From: Eledone cirrhosa
Taxonomy: Eukaryota
NCBI GenBank assembly: GCA_964016885.1
Contig: OZ024740.1
Span: 368,032,001-368,096,000, forward strand
Length of the DNA: 64,000 nt
Direction of reading: 5' to 3'
The position numbers and the translations under genes were made by a program. The notes below the pieces were generated by a model, which saw nothing but the letters and a program-made list of their open reading frames with translations, had not been told where the DNA came from and searched no databases. Position 1 is the stretch's first letter, and each line of letters begins with the position of its first letter. Positions 1 to 13,739 of the stretch are shown here, in pieces.

Positions 1-50
1 TGACCCGGCAAAGGGCGGACGACCTCAGCAGAGTCAACGGCCATCCAAAT
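1..50 (+). mobile_element. Fragment resembling the RTE-family 5' UTR segment
   Basis: caaagggc...agagtcaacggccatccaaa is similar to 12785-12825 and 24225-24262. Confidence 0.4.
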
Positions 51-164
51 AGTATTTTCTTTTTCTTTTTTCTTTTTTTTTCACCTGGTGAGTGAAAACC
101 CCCAATTGTTGTCACAACACCTTTCTTCATAAAAATACGTTTTTAATCCTTTTCCTCATATATA

Positions 165-481
165 TGAGGAAAAGGTTAAACAATGTGTTTTAAAAGCGCA
201 CCTGCTATATATATAAAGAATCTTCAAAACACGTACAGAAATAGGTGTTTAAAATTGATGTTAGCAAAGTCTGCTTTTCCGTATTGAATCACATGCAGGC
301 GAGAATCAGGATACAGGAGATATAAAGAAAAGGCAATTTAATCTTATCACAAATTTTTGTTACACCAAAACAGAAAAGCAAGCGTTGCTAATATAAAATG
401 TTAACATCAACTTTTGTACATGTTATAAACATCTTATATATATATCTACCTGTAGCACTTTTCAAACTCTTATTTCCTCAT
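165..481. repeat. Degenerate inverted repeat (old MITE/foldback)
   Basis: 165-290 loosely matches the reverse complement of 362-481 (tgaggaaa...ttagcaaagtctgcttttc / gaaaagcaagcgttgctaa...tttcctca). Confidence 0.5.
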
Positions 482-592
482 TTTCCTTATATAACGTGAT
501 CTGTAAGGAACGCTTTCTAACGTCCTAATTTTTTTTTACTATATTTAATATAACAGTGTAAATTCACCTCCCATTTTGTTTGTTCCATCCAT

Positions 593-596
<4 letters not shown>

Positions 597-681
<85 letters not shown>

Positions 682-780
682 GTGTGTGTGTGTGTGTGTA
701 TGAGTGTGTGTGTGTGTGTGTGTGTGTAATTTTACAGTTTTGGGAGGTGTTTGCACACACACACACACATATATATGTAT
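597..780. repeat. (TA)n/(TG)n microsatellite; representative of dozens of TA, CA, GA, TAA and TATG tracts across the window
   Basis: Seen directly; explains most [12 protein letters not shown] ORFs in the track. Confidence 0.99.
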
Positions 781-2552
781 ATTTAATCAGCATTTCATGA
801 GAAGTAAATTTATGTTCCTATATTTAATGAAAACATTAAAGATTCAAATGCATATACTGATAATATATGTGCATATTGATTTCAAGAGAATATTTAAGAA
901 AAAAATGAGAAAGTGACAAAGTGATTTAAGAAGTTATAAAACACTTCTCATGAAAAACCGATTCCAGCTATATAGATTTCTGTAGAACAAAGAATTAAAA
1001 AGCATACCTTCAGATGCTTTTCTTATTGCATTGGATTTTTGTTGCTCATTACTTCCCTTTGATCATTAGAAATACATAGGAAATATGTAGACAATCAAAA
1101 TAAGTTATTTAATATTATTGCAAAGAATATATTCATCTATTTCTGCGGGATACGGTTGCAAATATATTCACAACATTTAAGCTGATATAAAATCATTTCT
1201 CTATCCACGTATACACTATTCCTTTCAAAGCAGTAGATATCTATAATACCTTTCTAGTAATAATACTTTTATGGGTGAAAGTGACTTGAAACATTTCTAG
1301 CGCTACGAGTAATATATATATATATGTTCAATATTCGCACGGTTATAGAGTTACTTAAAACTGAAATTGCTATTACTCCTGCGACACACACATAGACACA
1401 CTCAGACAGAGACACACGCATACATATCACAAATACTCACACACACACACATACATAGAGAAAGATAGAGACAGAAGGAGGGGTAGCGAGAGCACATAGA
1501 GAGAGAGAGAGAGAGAGAGAGAGTATCATCTTAGCTTAAATGTAAATACATCTACAAAGGACCAAAGCTAAACACGATCACAGACAAGAGTGTTTTATAC
1601 AGCTACATGGGACCCCACTCGCCAGCCATATTACCCAAGAAAAGGTAAAGATCTAATACGTCCTTTAGAACTATGTCCCAAACAAGCTGCATAAAATATT
1701 TTTATGAGGGTAAAGATAGACAACACACAGCAGATGATATACATACATATGTATACATACAGGCATGCACACACATGCGGACGCACACTCACACACACAC
1801 ATACACGGACAGACTGACACACAGACACACACATATATACTATTCCTTAATATGGTTTATGCACGTAATATGTTACGTGTACGAAACATTAATACAGCAC
1901 TTTCATAATTTCTGATATTCTCAACAAGTATTGAAATCTCTTTAATGTTTTCACGGGGGAAAATAGAGAAAACTATAATTCTTTTTTTAAGGAAAATATT
2001 TTTTTCTTCGACATTAAGCTTCCTCGTATGTTTATTGTAAAATAAATATTGATATATGTTTTCATATTAAGCGCTATTGTGCTTAAATGCTGTCTTAGTT
2101 CTAGCTTCTATTAAATAATACCAACCAAGTTCTCACGTTTTCCATATGTGCATCTCCAGCTAATATTTCTATTTTCTATATGTTTTATATTTATTTTTGT
2201 TTTATAAATAGATACATAGAGTAAATACTATATATTCTTAAGAGTTATAATGAGTGACATAAGAGAGATACACAATCTTGACGAAGAGCAATAAATCAGA
2301 AAATATGTTGGTGATTGTTTCTCTTTGCTAGAACAGATGGATGGTGATGGTCATCTAAAAAATATAGCTTAATGAGGTTGTTAAGCATGCCATCGTTGCA
2401 CGCACATTTCAAACAGTACAATCTCCATGTTTAGTTAACTTTGAAGGTGAAAGATAAAGAGCAATCGATAGATAAACTGACACATTTCAAAGTTATTGTA
2501 TTATGTCTCATATTCAAGTTTTGATATTACCAGGTATTATTTAAATATTACG

Positions 2553-2736
2553 GGGGGTGGATTGGCAGTATCGGTAGAGGGTCGGACGCCATGCTTTCCA
2601 GCATAGTTACGTCCCTTTACGATCTGAGTTCAAATCCCGCCGAGGTTGACTTTGCCTTTCATCCTTACGGGGTCGATAAAATAAAGTACCAGTAATGCAC
2701 TGGTAATTGCTGGCCTTGTGCCTAAAGTAGAATCAA
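2553..2736 (+). mobile_element. tRNA-derived SINE (octopod-type, Meta-like central core)
   Basis: A box tggcagtatcgg, B box gagttcaaatcc, core gactttgcctttcatccttacggggtcgataaaataaagtacc, tail ggccttgtgcctaaagtagaa. Confidence 0.9.
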
Positions 2737-2752
2737 TTATTTAAATATTACG

Positions 2753-2925
2753 TGGATTGGAAGTATCAGTAGAGGGTCGGACGCCACGCTTTGCAGCATA
2801 GTTATGGCCCTTTATGGTTTGAGTTCAAATCCTGCCTAGGTTAACTTTGTATTTCAACATTACAGGGTCGATAAAATAAAGTACCACTGGGATAATTGCT
2901 GGCATTGTGCCAAAAGTAGAACAAA
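2753..2925 (+). mobile_element. SINE, second copy in head-to-tail tandem
   Basis: Same A/B boxes, core and tail, more diverged. Confidence 0.9.
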
Positions 2926-3637
2926 TTATTTAAATATTACGTTTATATCTGACGCTCTGGAAAAGGTATATGTAAGTAATGTATGTTACAAGTTATTTTG
3001 CAGCTTCTCATTAATGTTTACTATAAATATTTAAGTTATTAATTTGTTTCTCGCTAGATATTTCTATTGTTAAATTTTTAATCTTCTATCGTGAACCACC
3101 CATTAACGTCATAAATATTATTTCAAATAATTTGAACATTTAAGATTTTCTTCCTATGAAAGAAAATTACATTTAATATCAGTTGATTTTATTTGAAACA
3201 TAATCAACAAAAAGAAATATTATGATCGATATCGAAGTAGAAATGTCAAAACAGAGGACACAATATATATACGTAAAGAATGAATATTGCATTATGGTTT
3301 TTAAGTCAATGTCATGGTTTAGATGGATATTTCCTGGATCTTATGGAGTATCATTCAATGAGGTGTAAAAATAAGTTAACAAATAGGAGTATTGAAAAAG
3401 CGAATATAATATGTTATTTCATAAGTGGTATAGATAAGTATTTAATGGAAATTAAATGAATAGGGATGTATCATAGATACGCTTTTGCTATTTCTAAATG
3501 TGCGTCAGGAAAAGAAATGATATGAAATGAAAAAAAATGTATTTAGGCAAACTATAAGTATTGATTTTAAACAAATACATTTGAACACCGGCATGGTATA
3601 TATAATCGAATTCAATATATATATATATAATATATAT

Positions 3638-3696
<59 letters not shown>

Positions 3697-3720
3697 CATA
3701 TATATATTATATATATATAT

Positions 3721-3825
<105 letters not shown>

Positions 3826-3891
3826 ATATATATATGATATGTATATATATATATACATATAGATATTATATATATATATATAATATATAAG

Positions 3892-3933
<42 letters not shown>

Positions 3934-3979
3934 CAATGTTATTTAATAAATGGAAACTATATTTATAAAACAATATTTA

Positions 3980-4039
3980 TTATATTATATATATTTCTCG
4001 GGTACCAAGACAGATTTTGTACTCTTTCATCAGATAAAA
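3980..4039 (-). ncRNA. Type I hammerhead ribozyme, family C (degenerate stem II)
   Basis: Minus strand: ttttat CTGATGA aagagtac...gtacccga GAAA tatata TA atataa; flanks homologous to the 23119 and 27489 copies. Confidence 0.65.
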
Positions 4040-4283
4040 TACAAAGTTTGTTTTATAAATAGATACATACCCATGAAAATCATATCTTATCGGTTGGAAA
4101 TTCACTGGATAGTGGAAATATATTAGGGGTTATTCAAACTTATGTGTGAATATGCAAATGAATATGTATATAATTGAAAAACAACCGTTTATTTAAACGA
4201 CACTGGAGAGTGAGAAGATAAGGGAGAAAGATCAAAATAGTACGAGAGAGAGAGAGAGGGAGAGATAGAGAGAGAGAGAGAGT

Positions 4284-4363
<80 letters not shown>

Positions 4364-5193
4364 AAATAAACAAGAGAGGATGAATAAAGTCCATATAACG
4401 TTAATTTGGGGGAAATATATTCTAAGTATATATCTTAATAGTACGTGTATTTACGATTATTAGTTGTTTAAAATTCGTTTATAATATATTTTCTGTTATA
4501 AGTAAATAAATAAATAAATAAATAAATAGATAAATAAATAAATAGATGGGTATATCATGTTATAGATAATTGTTTTAATGAGATATGAAGGATATTGGTT
4601 TTGTATTTAATGTAAGTAAATATTAAGTTAGATTAAATTAAATTAACTGAGTTAGTAAGAATATTTACATTTATTTATTTTAAAATGGGAAGATACGGAA
4701 AAAACTAGAATTTAATTTATTTATTCGTTAGTATGAGACTATTTAGTCAAAATAAGTATAAATGTTGAAAGATATATTTAGCCGGAATTAGTTAGTGGTT
4801 ATAAATCTAATAAAAAATATTGAAAATATCTTAAAAATTTGAGAAAATTAAAAAAAATATAATTTATAAAAGAAATAAAAATTAAAGAAATAAAAATAAA
4901 GAATTAAAAATTATTAAGATTAAAATTAGAATTAAAATTAAAATTTTAAAAACACTAGAATTATATATGTATATATTTTATGAAACTTTAAGAAGTGGAA
5001 TTATAGCAAATGTTATAAATATTATGATCTGGAGATAGCAATATATTAAAACCAAGTGGATAAGATTGTTATGGAAATAAGTAGAAATATTATAAGTATA
5101 ATTATAATTTATATATAGTTCTGAATGTTGAATTCAGGCGATCTTGTTGAGTGCTCTCAATCAGTTATAAACATTAAATACCCCTTCTATTTA

Positions 5194-5230
<37 letters not shown>

Positions 5231-5253
5231 GTATATATATATATATATATATA

Positions 5254-5420
5254 CATAACCAAGGAAGTGTGGTAAGGAACCAGGTGGAACATAACGCACC
5301 AGAGTACTCAATAGAGTGGGTATATATATATATATATATACCCACTCTACTACCCTAAGTATTGAGTACTCTGGTGCGTTAAGGTCCAGCTGGTTCTTTA
5401 CCACACTTCCTTGGTTATGT
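5254..5420. mobile_element. Family E tail segments as an inverted pair around (TA)n
   Basis: 5254-5320 is the reverse complement of 5341-5420; homologous to 15033, 19168 and 19740-19811. Confidence 0.8.
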
Positions 5421-5440
5421 ATGTATATATATATATATAT

Positions 5441-7636
5441 GATAATAATGATGGCTGCGCGTTGCAAATGGTGGTGCATATGAAAAAGTAAGTCCTTCAT
5501 CAGTGACCCTCCAACCGTCCCAGGCATTTCATCGCTTTAAGGGCCATATGCCTCAGGTTGGTGCGAACAACGGCTAAAAAAAGTCGTTGGGACACGTAAA
5601 TAAAGGGGACGTTAGGGTAACAAACAAAATGGTTTAAGCAACGGAAAGTGAGAAGAAATAGACAAGTCCCAGATCTCTATGAATATAAACTCGGTGAAAT
5701 CGTGAACAAGAGACAAAAGACCATCAAACCTGGTTGAAATGTGAGCAAGGAAGGAATTTCTCACAGGTCTAACGGGGGGGAAGAAGAAGAAGAAGAAGAA
5801 GAAGAAGAAGAAGAAGAAGAAGAAGAAGAAGAAGAAGAAGAAGAAGAAGAAGAAGAAGAAGAAGAAGGGGTCTGGTCTACGAATTCGCTAACAATAAGTT
5901 TTGTGAAGTCGCAGACGAAAGAGAGAGAGAGAAAAAAATTCCATACCAGCTTGACCAAGACCGCGCGAGAAAAGAATTACACACAGGTCAAACTTGAAGG
6001 AGGAGGAGGAAAGAGGAGGAGGAGAGGTAGTGACAGAGAATGAGTGAGTGAAAGTTGAGGAGGAGGCTAACAGAGAGAGAGACTGCTAGAAAGGGTAAAA
6101 GGTACAAAGAACGAAACAGACGGGTGGCAGCAAAAGAAAAATTATGTGTAAATATGATAATAATGATGGCTGCGCGTTGCAAATGGTGGTGCATATGAAA
6201 AAGTAAGTCCTTCATCAGTGACCCTCAAACCGTCCCAGGCATTTCATCGCTTTAAGGGCCATATGCCCCAGGTTGGTGCGAACAGCGGCTAAAACAAGTT
6301 GTTGGGACACGTAAATAAAGGAGACGTTAGGGTAACAAACAAAATGGTTTAAGCAACGGAAAGTGAGAAGAAATAGACAAGTCCCAGATCTCTATGAATA
6401 TAAACTCGGTGAAATCGTGAACAAGAGACAAAAGACCATCAAACCTGGTTGAAATGTGAGCAAGGAAGGAATTTCTCACAGGTCTAACGGGGGGGGGGGG
6501 AGAAGAAGAAGAAAAAGAAGAAGAAGAAGAAGAAGAAGAAGAAGAAGAAGAAGAAGAAGAAGAAGAAGAAGGTCACTGATGAAGGACTTACTTTTTCATA
6601 TGCACCAACATTTACAACGCGCAGCCATCATTATTATCATATTTACACATAATTTTTCTTTTGCTGCCACCCGTCTGTTTCGTTCTCTGTACCTTTTACC
6701 CTTTCTAGCAGTCTCTCTCTCTGTTAGCCTCCTCCTCAACTTTCACTCACTCATTCTCTGTCACTACCTCTCCTCCTCCTCTTTCCTCCTCCTCCTTCAA
6801 GTTTGACCTGTGTGTAATTCTTTTCTCGCGCGGTCTTGGTCAAGCTGGTATGGAATTTTTTTCTCTCTCTCTCTTTCGTCTGCGACTTCACAAAACTTAT
6901 GTTTACCGAATTCGTAGACCAGAACCCTTCTTCTTCTTCTTCTTCTTCTTCTTCTTCTTCTTCTTCTTCTTCTTCTTCTTCTTCTTCTTCTTCTTCTTCT
7001 TCTTCTTCTTCTTCTTCTTCTTCCCCCCCGTTAGACCTGTGAGAAATTCCTTCCTTGCTCACATTTCAACCAGGTTTGATGGTCTTTTGTCTCTTGTTCA
7101 CGATTTCACCGAGTTTATATTCATAGAGATCTGGGACTTGTCTATTTCTTCTCACTTTCCGTTGCTTAAACCATTTTGTTTGTTACCCTAACGTCCCCTT
7201 TATTTACGTGTCCCAACGACTTTTTTTAGCCGTTGTTCACACCAACCTGAGGCATATGGCCCTTAAAGCGATGAAATGCCTGGGACGGTTGGAGGGTCAC
7301 TGATGAAGGACTTACTTTTTCATATGCACCACCATTTGCAACGCGCAGCCATCATTATTATCATATTTACACATAATTTTTCTTTTGCTGCCACCCGTCT
7401 GTTTCGTTCTTTGTACCTTTTACCCTTTCTAGCAGTCTCTCTCTCTGTTAGCCTCCTCCTCAACTTTCACTCACTCATTCTCTGTCACTACCTCTCCTCC
7501 TCCTCTTTCCTCCTCCTCCTTCAAGTTTGACCTGTGTGTAATTCTTTTCTCGCGCGGTCTTGGTCAAGCTGGTATGGAATTTTTTTCTCTCTCTCTCTTT
7601 CGTCTGCGACTTCACAAAACTTATGTTTACCGAATT
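5441..7636. repeat. About 715-bp unit containing (GAA)n, in tandem (5441-6570) then inverted tandem (6571-7636)
   Basis: Unit start gataataatgatggctgcgc at 5441 and 6156; reverse-complement copies begin ggtcactgatgaagg at 6571 and 7276; near-identical. Confidence 0.95.
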
Positions 7637-8059
7637 TTGCTAAGAGAAGAAAACGGTCAAATGAACTAGATACATCTCACTGTCCCCACCACCTCAATAA
7701 CGTCTACACTCTCTCCCCTCCATCACATGTCATTACCATACCATACCCTATCTAGACCAAAGTCATCGACCTGTTGTCAAACTCTCTACTCTCTGTTGAA
7801 TGTATATCTATATGTGTGTGTATGTATATGTGTGTATATACATCACTCAGTCAAACAACCAGATTTCAACCCCAACATCTACAACAACAACAACACCGGC
7901 ACTAATGTTTACAGCAACAACAGCTTCAGAATGAACTGAAATGAACATTTACAACAATTACAACAATTACAACAACAACAACAGCGGCATCAAACCATAA
8001 AAAAAAGGAAGGGAAAAGAAAAAAGAAAAGGGGAAGGGAAAAAAAAAACTCAAAATATC

Positions 8060-8364
8060 GCGGGGACATAGAAATAATCGGGATGGATGCCCGATCGCGC
8101 AGTTAAACCACTGGGAGTGAAGAACCCCTAGCCCTTGTCAGGGCATTCTTCTAGGAGAAGGCATCTCAGGAAACTGAGTTAACTCCGATATAAAACCTGC
8201 GGCTCAGTAGTTACCGATGATGTTGATCTTTTCTTCTTTTCGGGTTATAGCTACTGTCGCTCAGAGAGTAGGATTGGCTCAGTGCACAGTCTTTCCTCAC
8301 TTTAAAAATATTCGTCACGCACAGGCATTGCACGAGTGCATTAATAATTATTAATAGTCTACTA

Positions 8365-8395
<31 letters not shown>

Positions 8396-11300
8396 TATTA
8401 TTATTATTATTTTTTTTTTTTTTTTCCAATTCAATGATGTTCCAGAACAATGTAAACGAGATAATTGCAAATTTAGGTTCTGGAACAAAAAAGATCATTA
8501 GCAATAAGGGCAGGGGCCCCAAGTTATCACAACCTGGGCCCGCCCGTCATCGTGCCATTGTAATAGAGCCAAACAGGGCATTTAGTCTTGGCTGCTGGAA
8601 CGTACGGACGCTGCTTGACAGGGATTCTTTGGAGCATCCTGAACGAAGGACCGCTCTTGTTGCAAAGGAGCTTCGACGTTACGATCTTGACATCGTGGCT
8701 TTATCTGAGACGAGGTTAGCTGGAGATGGTCATCTTACGGAATTTTGTGGAGAATATACATTCTTTTGGAAAGGAAGAGATGAAGGAACCAGAAGAGAGG
8801 CTGGGGTAGGATTTGCTGTTAAGACTGTACTTGTGAATAAATTAGAAGAATTCCCAGTGAGCGTCTTATGTCCATGAGAGTTCCGCTGGACAAGGGAAGA
8901 TATGCTACCCTGGTGAGTGTGTATGCTCCAACTATGAATTCTGTCGATGAAGAAAAACTGTCCTTTTACCATGCCTTGAAAGGTGTTCTAAGAAATATCC
9001 CTCAGGCAGACAAAGTCATCGTACTTGGTGACTTTAATACTAGAGTGGGTAGGGATTTTAACACATGGAATATAATCGGAAGGCATGGGGTGGGAAAGTG
9101 TAACAGCAATGGTATGCTCTTACTGCAGATGTGTGAGGAGCTGGATCTGTGTGTTACCAACACCATGTTCCAACAAAAGAACAAATTCAAAACCAAATGG
9201 ATGCATCTTGCATCTGTGGAATGGCATCTTTTGGACTACGTCCTAGTCAGAATGCGTGACAGACAGGATGTGCAGTGTGTTCGTGTTCTTCGTGGAGCTG
9301 AGTGCTGGACGGACCACCGACTGGTACGCGCAAAAAGTGAATCTAATCACAAAACGTAAAATCCGGGCTCCTGGTGTTACCCTGCCCAAAAGATTGAATG
9401 CTGCTCGTCTTGAGGATAAAAATGTGAAGAGGACATTGGAAGAACAGATGCAGGCTGCAGATCTTGGTGAGGATTTGCCGACCCTTAAAAAGTCGGTTTA
9501 TGATGTAGGCAGACGTGTTCTGGGATTGGTGCAGAGAAAACATCAGGACTCGTTTAATGAGAATGATGTGCATAAAGAAGACTTGTTGGCTGATAAGAGG
9601 CGTGCTCTGTCACGCTACTTGACGGCAAAACCACAGGAGAGGAATACGTTGCATGAGGAGCTCAGGGATGTAAAACCACGTGTTAGGCGGAGTCTTTCTC
9701 AGATGAAGGATCAGTGGTGGAGTGAGAAGGCTGGTGAGATACAAACTGCGTCTGATTGCAATAACACAAAGCTGTTGTACAGTCTCTTGCGTGAGGTTTA
9801 TGGACCGTCTTCTTCTCTGGTGACACCGATTCGCAGCAAGGATGGCAAATAACTTCTTCGTGACTCACAGGGAATTCTACGAAGGTGGCGAGAGCACTTT
9901 GATTATCTTTTGAATCAGCCGTCTGTCGTCAGTGAAGATTTCCTCAATCTCATTCCGGAAAGTCCTGTGAAAGTAGCTGTCGCAGAACCTCCGACGCTTG
10001 TGGAGGTTGCAGTGGCTATTTCGAAGCTGAACAGTGGAAGATCTCCAGGTATGGATGGCATACATGCTGAGCTCCTACAATATGGTGGTGAGAGACTCCT
10101 GCAACATCTTCACTCTTTGCTTGGAAGGATATGGGCTAATGAATCCGTGCCTGAGGACTGGAAAGATGCAGTAATGGTGGTCTTGTACAAGGGAAAGGGT
10201 AACAGGAATGATTGTGGGAACTACAGAGGTATATCATTGCTTTCTGTCGTAGGGAAAGTTTTATGTAGGGTGCTTCTCGACCGTCTGCTGACACACATTG
10301 CAGATTGTGTCCTTCCTGAAAGTCAATCTGGTTTTCGTGCTGGACGCGGCACTACTGATATAATCTTCTCAGCTAGACAGCTCCAGGAGAAGTGCATTGA
10401 ACAAGGCTTGGATCTGTATCAGGTATTTGTCGATTGACAAAGGCTTTCGATACTGTCAACAGAGATGCATTATGGAAGGTTCTCCAGAAACTTGGTTGCC
10501 CTGATAAGTTCCTTGCTTTAGTTAGGTCTTTCCATGACGACATGAAGGCTTGGGTTAATGTCGGAGGTAACATGTCGGAGCCTATCTCAGTAAAAAATGG
10601 AGTGAAACAGGGGGATATTCCAGCACCGACCCTGTTTGCCATATACTTTGCAATGGTTTTCTGTATTGCATTCAGGAATTGCGAGCATGGTGTTTACATC
10701 CGATATCGAACCTCAGGCAGCATATTTAACATCAGGCGCTTTGCTGCGAAAACAAAAGTATTTACATCAGTCATAAGAGACTCTTGTATGCAGATGATTG
10801 CGATCTTGTAGCGCACACAGAGAGTGATATGCAGCACATTTTGAATGCATTGTCTGACGCTTGCACTGCCCTCGGTTTGACTGTCAGTCTCAAGAAAACC
10901 GTCGTCATGTACCAACTTGCCCCTAGCAAGCAGTACACTGAACCAAACATCTATGTGTATGGCAAACGACTTGGAGTGGTTGATCAGTTTGTCTACCTGG
11001 GAAGCACTGTCAATCGATACGGCAACCTTGACAGTGAAATCTCACTTAGGATTAGGAAAGCAAGTGATGCTTTCGGAAAGCTAGAAAGGCGACTCTGGGG
11101 TCGGCGAGACATATGCAGGAGGACAAAGGTAAAGGTGTACAGGGCATGTGTACTCTCTTGTCTTCTTTATGCCTGCGAGACTTGGGTCACATATCGACGC
11201 CACCTTAAGCAATTGGAGCGTTTCCATCAGATGTGTCTCAGACGGATCCATGGCGTTCACCGAAGGGACCACATCAGTGATGTCGAGATTTTGGAAAGCT

Positions 11301-11974
11301 CTATGTGTGACAGTATAGAAGCTCTTGTGCTTTAGCAACGACTCCGTTGCAGTGGTCACCTTGCCAGGATGAAGGATTCTAGAATACCAAAACAACTCTT
11401 CTATGGAGAGTTGGTTAAAGGAAAACGACCGCCACATAAACCAAAAAAGAGGTATAAGGATTCCTTGAAAGCCTCTCTGAAAGACGCTAACATCTCTGCT
11501 GATACATGGGAAAATATTGCTGCTGATCGTAATAAATGGAGAAAGACTGTATATGAGGGAAAAGTTGCCTTTGAGGCATCTCGAATCGCACACGAGAAAG
11601 TAAAGCGGGATGTGAGGAAGGGCATTGCTGTTGCACTTCCAGACGGCGAGGGTCCTCCTATGGTGCTGACATGCAGCGTCTGTGCGAGACTCTGCCTAAG
11701 CAAAGCTGGACTCGAAAGTCATCTTCGCATTCATAAAGTAAGACCAGTGGTTGACTACCAGGCTGCTGTTGGAGATGCTACTCATCATGCTTGCCAAACA
11801 TGTGGTAGAGAATGTAAATCAGCAGGAGGGCTCAAGCGACATGTAAAAGTACACGAACTCCAACCACAGCCGACTATTCCCAGTGAATGTTTTGGTTGCC
11901 GACTCTGTGCAAGACATTTTAGATCATTGGCTGGGCTAAAAAGCCACATTCAATCGCAGCACTGTTAGTTGCAA

Positions 11975-11976
<2 letters not shown>
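8060..11976 (+). mobile_element. RTE-clade non-LTR retrotransposon, near full length, followed by (GT)n
   Basis: 5' UTR-like region, then a single disrupted ORF with AP endonuclease, reverse transcriptase and zinc fingers. Confidence 0.95.
8434..11968 (+). pseudogene. RTE polyprotein (APE endonuclease, reverse transcriptase, three C2H2 fingers) with frameshifts and stops
   Basis: GCWNVRTL, IVALSETR, SVYAPT, LGDFN, LDYV, WTDH; NYRGISLLS, QSGFRAGR, KAFDTV, GVKQGD, YADD, FVYLGS; CxxC..HxxxH x3. Confidence 0.95.
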
Positions 11977-12010
<34 letters not shown>

Positions 12011-12020
12011 GTGTGTGTGC

Positions 12021-12094
<74 letters not shown>

Positions 12095-12271
12095 GCTTAT
12101 GTGCGTGCGTGTGTGTGTATATATATATGAATATGTATATTATTATTGCTGTTGTCGTTATTATTATTATTGCTATTATTATTATTATTATTATTATTAT
12201 TGTTATTAATGTATGTGTGTATATGTGTGAGTGTATGTGTATGTATGTGTGTATTTATATATGTATGTATG

Positions 12272-12379
<108 letters not shown>

Positions 12380-12529
12380 TTTATTTATTTATATTTATTA
12401 TTATAATGCACTGGGATAATTGCTGGCCTGGTGCCAAAAGTAGAAACAATTATTATTTTTTAATTTTTTTTATTTTTTTATTTATTTATTTATTTTTATT
12501 TTTTATTTATTTATTTTTTTTTTTTATTC

Positions 12530-12572
12530 TCGTGCAATGGCCATACACGATAACGAGGGGGCAGCCATCATG
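12530..12572 (+). mobile_element. Extreme 3' end of an RTE-family element with (TATG)n tail
   Basis: tggccatacacgataacgagggggcagccatc resembles tggccgtactcgaaaacgagttggcagccacc at 23775-23807. Confidence 0.55.
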
Positions 12573-12670
12573 TATGTATGTATGTATGTATATATATATG
12601 TATGTATATATGTATGTATGTATGTATATATGTATGTATGTATGTATATATGTATGTATGTATATATGTA

Positions 12671-13266
12671 CAGTATAACCTGTCCCATGGTCGGGTAGTT
12701 GGCGACTAAACTGGCAACCCCACCAAGGTTTCTTGGTGAGGGGGGTAACTTTGGACATCCTGCAGGACTAAAAACAAAACCTGTCAAAGGGCAAAGGAGC
12801 TCTTAAGAGTCAATGGCCATCCAAAATCACCGGGAGAGATGACCCCTTAGCCTTTGTCAAGGCAGAATTCTAGGAGAAGGAAAACTCTGATGTAACACCT
12901 GCAATCCTGATGGTATCCAATGATGTTGACTTGTTCTTCTTTTTGGTAAATATCATCTTGTTCTTCTTTTTGGTAAATATCATCTTGGTTAAGAGAGTGG
13001 GACTGGCTTTGTGCAGTGCCTTTCATCACTATAAAAGCTTCACGGCACAGGTATTGCTTTATATCTGGAGATCTCTCTGCACTTGTCGTCACATGGTACC
13101 ATGGGCCCAGCACTATGTGTCAGTAATTGTCACAAGTGTAGTGTTTGTACCAGAGTTTTCAAGTCGCTGGTTGGACTAAAAAGTTACACTTGTTCAGCGC
13201 ATCGGTAGGGGTTCTCCTACATGGATATAAAGTAGTGGCCGTACTCGAAAACGAGTTGGCAGCCAC
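12671..13266 (+). mobile_element. Non-autonomous bipartite RTE derivative (5' UTR fused to 3' end)
   Basis: 12840-12930 matches RTE 5' UTR 8125-8235; 3' part encodes a remnant of the terminal C2H2 finger. Confidence 0.8.
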
Positions 13267-13326
<60 letters not shown>

Positions 13327-13580
13327 TATTATATATAAGTATGTTCGTGAGTGTCTCTCTCTATATATATACATATACTGTAGGCCCAAGGCCTACAGTT
13401 TCTTGAGAGGAGAACGTCGATTATATCGTGACCAATACTTTATTAATAATAGCTGAAAGGCAAAGACGGAACTATTAAGACATTTCATTTCTCTTGTCGA
13501 GGATCAGACTTATTGAGTTTGAAACTTGCAGAACTTCCTTTAGTTGAATAATACTACTTGTGATAGATATATATATATAC

Positions 13581-13739
<159 letters not shown>

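Noticed and set aside
2560-2645. tRNA gene
   Set aside because: A and B boxes belong to a SINE head; no cloverleaf
7242-7295. Hammerhead, twister or SECIS in the 715-bp unit
   Set aside because: CTGAGGC/GAAA lacks A9 and a UH site; CTGATGA has no matching stem II and GAAA; no GA quartet on the 3' side; kept only as unexplained structure
13378-13402. GAAA plus hairpin ctgtaggcc/ggcctacag as a hammerhead half
   Set aside because: No CUGANGA or stem I partner nearby
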